From Thermoplasmata archaeon (GTDB lineage: Archaea > Thermoplasmatota > Thermoplasmata > UBA10834): a stretch of 64,000 nucleotides of DNA. The position numbers and the translations under genes were made by a program. A model generated the notes under the pieces. The model saw only the letters and a program-made list of their open reading frames with translations, had not been told where the DNA came from and did not search any database. The stretch covers positions 2,361 to 66,360 of the forward strand of contig JBFFED010000001.1 in assembly GCA_041559015.1 (NCBI GenBank). The letters are read 5' to 3'. Positions 47,127-55,121 of this stretch are shown here, in pieces. Position 1 is the first letter of the stretch. Every line of letters starts with the position of its first letter.

Positions 47127-48152
47127 ATACGCAATAATCGGAAGAGGAAGACGGCTTTCGCATTCTTGTCGGTCCTGATAATTGCGACCTCTGGGATAGC
47201 TTTCGCGGCATCATACGGCAGCCTGGAGAAGAACGCGTCGCGCATCTCAGCGATCACGGTCATCCCTGGATTCCCTCTTGCGCATCAGCACTCGGATAAC
47301 ACCATCGGCCTGCCCTGCAACATGTGCAACATGTGGATGCCCTGGCATTTCGCTGTCCCAGTCCTATGGGATGACGTGAAGTATGGTGGCGCCCCACCAG
47401 GTACTCCGCCTGGCGATAACCTGTATGGAGCGGTGGGGTCGTTTGACGACTGCCCTCACTGTAGCGTGTACAGCGGCCCCGCTAGCGTACAGATGTTCAT
47501 CATGTATCGGGGAGGGATAGCCCCACCCCAAGACATGATCTATGATATCTGCGAACTCGATCTCTTGGCCGGAGAGACACCCGGCAATGCCATGATCGAG
47601 AGGCACGGTGTCGGCGTGACCGACGGGACCGGAGGGACTCAACTGGAGATCCAATTCGCCTTCCAAATGCTCGTTTCGCCATACTACCAGCACAACCAGT
47701 GGGATGCGAGCGCTCTGACTGCTTCGCAGTTACTCAGCTACATGGCTGGCCTCTACCCAGTACTCTGGGACGACCACGGTGGTTGGCCCGCGAACATGGA
47801 CCCGACTTTCCCGACGGCTGATCCTAAGAACCAGGGACACTACAAGGTCATAGCTGGATATGACGACGCCAACACTGCGGGAGTATTCTCAGATGACTGG
47901 GCGCTGATATACGATCCGTGGCCAGAATACACGGACCACTCTGTGTTGCCTGCGGGCGCAGTACCTGGGCCCAGCGGGAGCTTCGACCCGTACTGGATTC
48001 CGGTCCCCATGGTCCTAGGCGATCCCAACGATCTGTTCCTGGTAGAGCTCGCCGCGATACCTGAGTTCTCCTGCCTGCTCATACCTGTGGCGGGATTGTC
48101 CCTGGTGGCTGTGGTGGCGGTCAGGACCCGGACTCGCAGGAACGGCACCTAA
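47127..48152 (+). CDS. Secreted papain-fold (C39-like) protein with PEF-CTERM-type sorting signal
   Basis: Signal peptide RKRKTAFAFLSVLIIATSGIAFA; YSGPASVQM, GHYKVIAGYD, IYDPWP; C-terminal IPEF + TM + RTRTRR; start is GTG 47013 or ATA 47127. Confidence 0.6.
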   Translation: MRNNRKRKTAFAFLSVLIIATSGIAFAASYGSLEKNASRISAITVIPGFPLAHQHSDNTIGLPCNMCNMWMPWHFAVPVLWDDVKYGGAPPGTPPGDNLYGAVGSFDDCPHCSVYSGPASVQMFIMYRGGIAPPQDMIYDICELDLLAGETPGNAMIERHGVGVTDGTGGTQLEIQFAFQMLVSPYYQHNQWDASALTASQLLSYMAGLYPVLWDDHGGWPANMDPTFPTADPKNQGHYKVIAGYDDANTAGVFSDDWALIYDPWPEYTDHSVLPAGAVPGPSGSFDPYWIPVPMVLGDPNDLFLVELAAIPEFSCLLIPVAGLSLVAVVAVRTRTRRNGT

Positions 48153-48342
48153 TACCCATTTTGACGAATGTTCGGAGAAGGGCTGATATACTGATTCGGC
48201 CAACCTCCTAATGGGGGACATGCTCAGCTCACACGGGACATGGCAGGAGTCCGTGCTCTAGGAATGGACATCGCAGAATGGGCTGTTCACCCTTAAGTGC
48301 GGAGATATGCTGAAATACAGTCGTCGGCAATATGGAAGATAG

Positions 48343-49992
48343 CTGGGCAGACCTAAGGAGACCGGGACCATAGGATACTTCCCTAAGCAGAGAGGAATCG
48401 CAACAATTCTCATAACGACGTCAGTGTTAACTCTGGTCTTCCTTGGTTTGGCTCCGTTCGCAACGGACGCTCCGGTCTTTGATGAACATGAACTGAGCAC
48501 GACCATCCGTTTCATTGCGCAGTCGCTTCTGATGTTCGTCTCCTTCGGGGTCTTCTTCATAATCTGGCTGCCGCCGGGCAGACCTCGAGACTATCAGTCC
48601 GCATTCATTGCGGTTACTTTCCTTGCCACAGGCGCACTGACCTTCGCGCACATCCTGACATGTAGGGAGCTGCTGAGCGCCCTTGGGAGCACAGAGGACG
48701 CTCTGGGATCCTACTTCCACATGATGAGCTCAGTGGTGATGGCGATAGGGCTGGCAACGGCTGCGTTCATCCCGAGCAAGCGCAAGGTGTCAGAAAGGGA
48801 GATGCGGCTGCTGATACTGGCCTTCGTCGCAATCACGGCTGCTCTGATGGCAACCCCGCTCATACTGGGGCATTCCCTACCGTCACTCTGCCCGCATGAT
48901 ACCCCTGACTGCCCAATCAGGATATCCATGGAGATTGCTGCAATCTTTGCGCTTGTCTTGGGGTCCATCAAGTACTTCATGCTGACCCTGAGGTCCAACG
49001 ATATGCTGTATGCCTGTCTTGGATCGGCGACGGTCGCCGGGTTCTATACCCACATGGTCTTCTCAATGCACAACAACCCGTATGACATGTGCAGCCTGCT
49101 CTCGCTAGTCTTCGCCATGATCTGCTACAGTTACGTGTTCGTGGCCCTGTTCAGGGGAGAAATCATACAGCCCTACCGAAAGCTGAGTGCTTCGCAGATA
49201 CAGGCGGAGAGGCGGCGGAAGGAGGCGGAGGCTGCGACAGTGAAGGCGCAGACATATCTGGACTTCCTGAGTCACGACGTCGCGAACATGATATCCCCGA
49301 TCATGAACCGGGCCGAGATGATACTGCGGTCCCCGAACGTCACTGAGAAGGAGAGGGAAGAGGCGCACAAGATAGTTGAGCAGACGCAGAAGGTGTCATC
49401 GCTCATAGTGAACCTGAGGAGGCTCTCGAGCGCAGAGAAGATTGATGCGAGGATGCTGGGACCAGTGGATCTTCGCGTCCTACTGACTGACCTTGAGAAG
49501 ACGAGGAGAGAGAGTCACCGCAACTTGGATCTGAGCTTTGATTTCAGCTTCCCCGAGGATCCCGAGATCAAGGTCAGGGGCGGGAGTGTCACAGAGGATA
49601 TTATCGCCGAGATAATCGATAACGCCATCAAGCACACAAAGAAGGACTTTGTGGAGGTCGAGGTGGAGGTGTACGCCAGCAAGGGCGATTCTCAGGAGGA
49701 TAACTGGACCATAGAGGTCCGGGACCACGGGCCGGGAATACCTGACCAGACGAAGAAGGCCCTAGATGTCGCATCTCCTGACCCGAAGCGGAGATTCACG
49801 AGGGGGATCGCCTCGAGCCTGTCGGTCATACCACTGATTGCGGAGCAACTCGGAGGCAGGATAAGGATAGAGGACAGGGTTCCCGGTGATTACACGCAGG
49901 GGACGAAGGTGATAATCACGCTTCCCCGGGCACCCCGTGAGCGACCGAATACTTCTGGAACGATTGCACGGAGTGGAGAGTCGGGGCAATAG
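48343..49992 (+). CDS. Membrane sensor histidine kinase (multi-TM, MASE-like input domain)
   Basis: About 7-8 TM; H-box FLSHDVAN, N-box EIIDNAIKH, G1 DHGPGI, GTKVIITLP; start uncertain (CTG 48343 or GTG 48424). Confidence 0.8.
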   Translation: MGRPKETGTIGYFPKQRGIATILITTSVLTLVFLGLAPFATDAPVFDEHELSTTIRFIAQSLLMFVSFGVFFIIWLPPGRPRDYQSAFIAVTFLATGALTFAHILTCRELLSALGSTEDALGSYFHMMSSVVMAIGLATAAFIPSKRKVSEREMRLLILAFVAITAALMATPLILGHSLPSLCPHDTPDCPIRISMEIAAIFALVLGSIKYFMLTLRSNDMLYACLGSATVAGFYTHMVFSMHNNPYDMCSLLSLVFAMICYSYVFVALFRGEIIQPYRKLSASQIQAERRRKEAEAATVKAQTYLDFLSHDVANMISPIMNRAEMILRSPNVTEKEREEAHKIVEQTQKVSSLIVNLRRLSSAEKIDARMLGPVDLRVLLTDLEKTRRESHRNLDLSFDFSFPEDPEIKVRGGSVTEDIIAEIIDNAIKHTKKDFVEVEVEVYASKGDSQEDNWTIEVRDHGPGIPDQTKKALDVASPDPKRRFTRGIASSLSVIPLIAEQLGGRIRIEDRVPGDYTQGTKVIITLPRAPRERPNTSGTIARSGESGQ

Positions 49993-50147
49993 ACCTTGGC
50001 ATACCGGACTTAGGACAAGGGGATGGCACCCGGCGAGTAAGATTGATATCACGCTCCGACATCACCATACCCTTCGCCGAGCTGCACAATGGTTCGAATG
50101 CAGGAAAACCGCTAGTTGAACTGCGATTGATTCTGCGAGCTATGCGT

Positions 50148-50225
50148 GAGCGAGCGCTCGGCGGGAACCGCACCATCGACGAGCCAGCAGGTTAGGACCG
50201 GAGTTCAATCAGACGGGGAATGCGC
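50148..50225 (+). repeat. Imperfect direct repeat, copy A
   Basis: Shares gagcg..gcgc, gggaaccgcacc, cgagccag, gagttcaatcag and aatgcgc in order with 51239-51314. Confidence 0.7.
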
Positions 50226-50392
50226 CCTCAAAAGAGCCTCTTCATGTTCTCTCACAACGCCCGGAGCACCTATGCCTGAGCCTAGCTCGAGTGCTCTTCC
50301 AACTATCGCAGTGATACCAGCAATGATTACAGTGGTTGGCGCGCGCCGCCCTGTCAGCAAGAATCATAAGGGATGAGGCTTGATTCACGACC

Positions 50393-51211
50393 GTGACAAG
50401 ACAGGTCGGACGCTTGCCGGAGGGTTTGGCGTTATCCGAAGCACCCAAGATAGCAGAGAAGCTCGGGTTAATCTCCGGGGGCAGAGTGCTGGATGTCGCA
50501 ACGGGTAAGGGAGGGTTCGTCGACACGCTGATGAACACCCTGAAGGATTACGAATCCTTCATCGGGATAGACAATTGCACCTACTACGACTCCGCAAAAG
50601 AGATGAGGGAGGGAAGAACTCATTTCGAAGGACGGCCCGTCGAATTCCTCGAGATGAACGGAGAGGACATGGGGTTCGGGGACTGTACCTTCGACACAGT
50701 CTGCATATCGTACGCCCTGCACCATCTCGACGACGTTGACGCGGTGCTGACTGAGATGAAGCGCGTGCTCAGGTCAGGCGGCCGTTTCATCATCCAAGAG
50801 CTCTACTGCGACGGCGACAGGACGGAGGCTCAGAGGGTGGACAATCTCGACCACGAGTGGTGCGCGAGAATCGACCGCCTGCTGGGAGTGACCCACAACA
50901 AGGCCTTCGCGAAACAGAGGTTAGTGGACTTCGCGGGCGGCCTGGGCCTGAAGGATCTTGAGGTATTTGACTCCGACCGCCCTGTGGATTGTCTTTTCTG
51001 CGAGAAGAACCAATTGTGTGAGGACCCCAGGAACCGGGCGAACTTCCACGATTTGACAAAGAGGGTCGACGAGACATATGACAGGATAAAGGACTATCCC
51101 GACCCAGAAGTAAGGAACCGGATCAAGGAGGAAGGCGAGATGATCAAGAAGGCGATAGCTAAATCTGGCTCCACACCAGCGCCATATCTCTTCATTATCG
51201 GCACAGGGTGA
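50393..51211 (+). CDS. Class I SAM-dependent methyltransferase (UbiE-like)
   Basis: VLDVATGKG, FDTV...ALHH...LTEMKRVLRSGG; additional CLFC.....C motif. Confidence 0.8.
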   Translation: MTRQVGRLPEGLALSEAPKIAEKLGLISGGRVLDVATGKGGFVDTLMNTLKDYESFIGIDNCTYYDSAKEMREGRTHFEGRPVEFLEMNGEDMGFGDCTFDTVCISYALHHLDDVDAVLTEMKRVLRSGGRFIIQELYCDGDRTEAQRVDNLDHEWCARIDRLLGVTHNKAFAKQRLVDFAGGLGLKDLEVFDSDRPVDCLFCEKNQLCEDPRNRANFHDLTKRVDETYDRIKDYPDPEVRNRIKEEGEMIKKAIAKSGSTPAPYLFIIGTG

Positions 51212-51238
51212 AGAAGCCCAAGGTTAGAGAAGAACTAG

Positions 51239-51314
51239 GAGCGGGCGCGGTGGGAACCGCACCCCGGCCGAGCCAGTATGTCAGAATTCGAGTTCAATCA
51301 GCGGAGCAATGCGC
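51239..51314 (+). repeat. Imperfect direct repeat, copy B
   Basis: Aligns by eye with 50148-50225. Confidence 0.7.
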
Positions 51315-51497
51315 TCGGACTCAAACCCCTTTACTTCTCTTCCTCCCCTATGGCCTCTCCTCCGCACGACCACCTTGGCGCCTTTTGCGCCCTTGCCACA
51401 ATGACGTAGTAACCAAGAAATGTAGGTAGAGATTTCGAAAAAGGATTGAAAGAGGGAGATACTCAGCCTCCCTCGGAAAAGTCTTCTTAGTTCTGCC

Positions 51498-52655
51498 TCA
51501 TGCGTGGAGCGCTGTGAGGAAGTCTCCCCAGCCTGTGTCGGCTGCGAACTGTGTGCCCAGGTAGTCCGTCCCGTACCAATCCCAGTCGTTGCTGCCAGCC
51601 CAATAGAGGGTAATGCCTCCGCAATCACCCATCTTGGGACCTCCCCAGAAGTCAGCAACATATGCCTGGACGTCGGCCCTGACCTGGGTGGTGAGCGACC
51701 TCAGGGTGGTGTCGGTGATGCCGCTCTGGTCCAGCAGGTGGTATGCTAGGTCGTACATGTCGACGTAGTACGGAATCGCTGTCATCGCATGGCTATCACC
51801 GACAGCATCCTCGTAGTCATTCTGATACGATGGCAGCATGTCCAGCATCCTTGCCGACCAGTTCTCGAAGTTGCCAATGCGGGCTTCGAATTCAGCAATA
51901 TCAATCGATGCGAGAGTCATTCTCCCGCCGTTCGTGGGACCGTAGTGCGACCCCCATTCAGAGACCATAACCGCCCCCAATTCCTGCGGCGTCATGGCTG
52001 GATCGTTGACTAGCTCTGTGAGGATATCGTCGAGCGGGAGGCCGTCTCCTGGCCCGTACTCTTCAGACGCAACCATGTACTGAACCATGTCCGTCAGCGA
52101 CAGGGCATAAGCGACCTCCAACATTGCCATGTTGCAGGCATCGAATGCGAGCACATCGACTGTCTCACCGGCCTCTGTGAAGGCACTCTCCAGGTCTGTC
52201 ATGTTGATTGAACTGGCGGAGGTCTCGTCTGTGCAGATGTACTGCCATCCGAAGCCGTGATCCCACAGACTGAGTCCGAAGTACGTGGACGGCCAAAGCG
52301 TCGTCGCACGGTCGACCCACCAAGACAGTGTGGCTGGATCGCCAGTGTCCATCTCGTCATGCGTTTCGATGGTGGTGACTGTCTCCCCAGAAACCTCCAC
52401 GATCTCGATGCCCGATGTGGACTTCATGTCCAGCACAGCAACGAGGTTCACGTCGCTGCTCTCAGGAACCGCCTGCAAGAACGGAAGGGTGGTCTTCTCC
52501 CAATACGGTTCGAGGCTATTGTCCGCGGCTACATAGATGGCGAAGGTCCATGATGCCGTCTCAGCACGGGCTCCCGGTGTGATGAGCATCGCCCCAGGCA
52601 CAATCAGGGCGGCGGCCAACAACACACACGCCGTTCGATTTCTCCTTTCTCCCAT
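51498..52655 (-). CDS. Secreted clostripain-family (C11) cysteine peptidase, second paralog
   Basis: Signal peptide; WTFAIYVAADNSLE, WDHG, FDACNMAMLEVAY, ASEE. Confidence 0.85.
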   Translation of the reverse strand: MGERRNRTACVLLAAALIVPGAMLITPGARAETASWTFAIYVAADNSLEPYWEKTTLPFLQAVPESSDVNLVAVLDMKSTSGIEIVEVSGETVTTIETHDEMDTGDPATLSWWVDRATTLWPSTYFGLSLWDHGFGWQYICTDETSASSINMTDLESAFTEAGETVDVLAFDACNMAMLEVAYALSLTDMVQYMVASEEYGPGDGLPLDDILTELVNDPAMTPQELGAVMVSEWGSHYGPTNGGRMTLASIDIAEFEARIGNFENWSARMLDMLPSYQNDYEDAVGDSHAMTAIPYYVDMYDLAYHLLDQSGITDTTLRSLTTQVRADVQAYVADFWGGPKMGDCGGITLYWAGSNDWDWYGTDYLGTQFAADTGWGDFLTALHA

Positions 52656-52954
52656 ATCGCATCAATCCCAGGAGGCTCACACGCATTAGGAACCTCCTCG
52701 ACGAAACGAATGTAAATATCGCTACTTGAAGCTATTTCCACACGTAACGCCGCAATCTTCGTCCGCGCCGTTCGCGTCGCACCGTTCTTATTGCATAACT
52801 CGCCACGGCTCCTGAGTCCGGCCACACCTCCATTGCCTTCAGTCGCCAGTCTCCTTGGCCGAAAGAACCTATCATTGCCTCTATCCAAGTCTCCGTCAGC
52901 CCCTATGGCCTTTTCTCCACGCTGACGACAATCGGATTGGAGGATGCTGCAAAA

Positions 52955-53028
52955 TGGGCCCGGTGGGATTCGAACCCACGTCGTCGGCTCCGAAGGCCAA
53001 AAGGATATCCGGACTACCCCACGGGCCC
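52955..53028 (-). tRNA. tRNA-Arg(UCG)
   Basis: Reverse complement GGGCCCG...TTGGC-CTTCGGA-GCCGA...GGTTCGAATCC...CGGGCCCA; cloverleaf; CCA not encoded. Confidence 0.92.
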
Positions 53029-53258
53029 GCGGTAGTGATTGGCTGAGCGTATAATATGCTTTCCAGAGCCAGCGACGGCCGCCGGTGCCTATGGGTCAGC
53101 AGCCGGAAGAGCACATAGACCGCAAGGAAGACAATGAGTGCCAGGGCGAAGTACCAGAGGCTGAACCCCACGATTGCGCTCGACAACATCCTGCAGAAGG
53201 ATGCTCCCTTGACGACAATATGACAGTGCCATTGTCGTACACACCAGGGTGACTACAA

Positions 53259-53753
53259 TCATCGGCCAATCATGGTCTTGATGTACGGTATGAGTCCTCC
53301 GGCCTGCAGGATGGCCGCTGCCCTCTCGGGGATCGCGTCCACCCGAGCGACCTTCGAGCCGTCCTTCGACCTCAAGACACCTGCCTCTGGATCGACGGTG
53401 ACCACCTCACCGTCGCAGAAGGTCTCATGGGCGGATTCAGACGAGACGACCAACAGTCCGAGGTTGATTGCGTTCCTGTAGAATATCCTGGAGAAGGACT
53501 TAGCGACAACAGCTGACACCCCTGACTCCTTCATGGCGATGACAGCCTGCTCCCTGCTGGAGCCACACCCGAAGTTCCCGCCTGCGATGACGACATCCCC
53601 GGGCTTGACACCAGGCGCAAACTCCTTGTTCGCGCCCTCCAGCGCATGGGAAGCCAGATGTCTTGGGTCGTACCTGTCCAAATATCTGCCCGGGATTATC
53701 ATGTCGGTGTTCACGTCGTCCCCGAACTTCCACACACGTCCCTCAGAGGTCAA
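53259..53753 (-). CDS. leuD: 3-isopropylmalate/homoaconitate dehydratase small subunit
   Basis: GDDVNTDMIIPGRYL, NFGCGSSRE, SFSRIFYRNAIN.G, GGL. Confidence 0.85.
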   Translation of the reverse strand: MTSEGRVWKFGDDVNTDMIIPGRYLDRYDPRHLASHALEGANKEFAPGVKPGDVVIAGGNFGCGSSREQAVIAMKESGVSAVVAKSFSRIFYRNAINLGLLVVSSESAHETFCDGEVVTVDPEAGVLRSKDGSKVARVDAIPERAAAILQAGGLIPYIKTMIGR

Positions 53754-55014
53754 CCATGAGCCACCTCCTCGGATCCGCTATCTTCCCCTCGACGGCGCTC
53801 GCAGCGACTGTCGCGGGACTCCCAAGGTATATCTCAGCCTCGTCAGAGCCCATCCTTCCCCTGAAGTTCCTGTTGCCGGAGGATATGCAAACCTCTCCGG
53901 GTCCCAAGACCCCCTCGTGCGCGCCCAAACACGGGCCACACCCGGGTGGGAGAATGGTCCCTCCCGCCTTCACGATCGTCTGGATCACCCCCATGTCGAG
54001 GGCGTCGGCGAGGACAGCCCTCGAAGCGGGCACAACGACCAACCTAACGCCGGGAGCGACTCTGTTTCCCTTTAGGACCCACGAAGCGGCGATGAGGTCC
54101 TCCAGCCGGCCGTTCGTGCACGTCCCGATGAACGCCTGGTCTATCCTGACATCGCCGAACTCATCGATGCTCCTGACTGATTCGACCCTATGCGGTCCGG
54201 AGACAAGAGGAGGTATCTTCTCCATCTCCAGGTCCATGATCGATTCGAACGACGCGTCAGCATCAGACCTGCACGCATCGCCGAGAACCCCTTTACACTC
54301 AGGAGACCACGCCCCGAATGTTGAGTCCGCAGGGGCGATTGCTGTCTTCGCCCCCATCTCGACGGCCATGTTGCACAGGACCATCCTCCCAGAGATGGAG
54401 ATGTCGAATAGGAACATCCCACCGAACTCGATGCATCTGTAGTCCGCCCCCGAAGGTCCCAGCTTCGACGCGAGGTGCAATGCGATATCCTTCGGGAATA
54501 CAGCCTTGCTCAGGTGGCCCGACATGTTCACGCGGATCGTCTTCGGAACCTTCAGCCAGATGCGTCCAGTGGCCCACACACCGGCAATCTCGGTCGCTCC
54601 GAGCCCTGTCCCGAACGCGCCCACCGCTCCGGCGGTGCTGGTGTGGGAATCCGCTCCCACAACGAGCTGACCTGGCCTGACCATCTTATTCTCGACCAGG
54701 AGCTGGTGACATATACCCTCGCCGACGTCGAAGAACTTGCTGATGCCCATCCGCTTGACCGAATCGCGTATCTTCGCGTGGACCCCTGCGGTCTCTGCTG
54801 TGTTGGCGGGAGAGCGGTGGTCCAGGATGACGGCCACCTTGTCCGGATCCCATGGCTTGTCGAGCCCGAATTCGGAGAAGGCCTTGTCGACGAGGAACGT
54901 GTTCTCATGCGACATCACTAGGTCTGGTGAGGCCTCGACCACCTCGCCTGCCCTTATGCTATCCAAGCTCGACGCGCGCGCGAGTATCTTCTCGGCGACT
55001 GTCCTGCCAGACAC
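53743..55014 (-). CDS. leuC: 3-isopropylmalate/homoaconitate dehydratase large subunit
   Basis: DH, GICHQ, GADSHT, GTCTNGR, CGPCLG, NRNFRGRMG. Confidence 0.85.
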   Translation of the reverse strand: MSGRTVAEKILARASSLDSIRAGEVVEASPDLVMSHENTFLVDKAFSEFGLDKPWDPDKVAVILDHRSPANTAETAGVHAKIRDSVKRMGISKFFDVGEGICHQLLVENKMVRPGQLVVGADSHTSTAGAVGAFGTGLGATEIAGVWATGRIWLKVPKTIRVNMSGHLSKAVFPKDIALHLASKLGPSGADYRCIEFGGMFLFDISISGRMVLCNMAVEMGAKTAIAPADSTFGAWSPECKGVLGDACRSDADASFESIMDLEMEKIPPLVSGPHRVESVRSIDEFGDVRIDQAFIGTCTNGRLEDLIAASWVLKGNRVAPGVRLVVVPASRAVLADALDMGVIQTIVKAGGTILPPGCGPCLGAHEGVLGPGEVCISSGNRNFRGRMGSDEAEIYLGSPATVAASAVEGKIADPRRWLMVDL

Positions 55015-55121
55015 GACAACGCTAACCTCGTACTTGTTATTTCAAGGTAGCGCGCTCGAGAGGACACTTTTGCGATAGCTCGAAAAGGTATTTCCACCTT
55101 GGGCCCAATCACTCGACCGCA

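Noticed and set aside
52896..53189. 97-aa ORF with a hydrophobic N-terminus running through tRNA-Arg
   Set aside because: Overlaps the tRNA and its promoter on the same strand; the first 35 codons might be a real small membrane peptide but this cannot be supported
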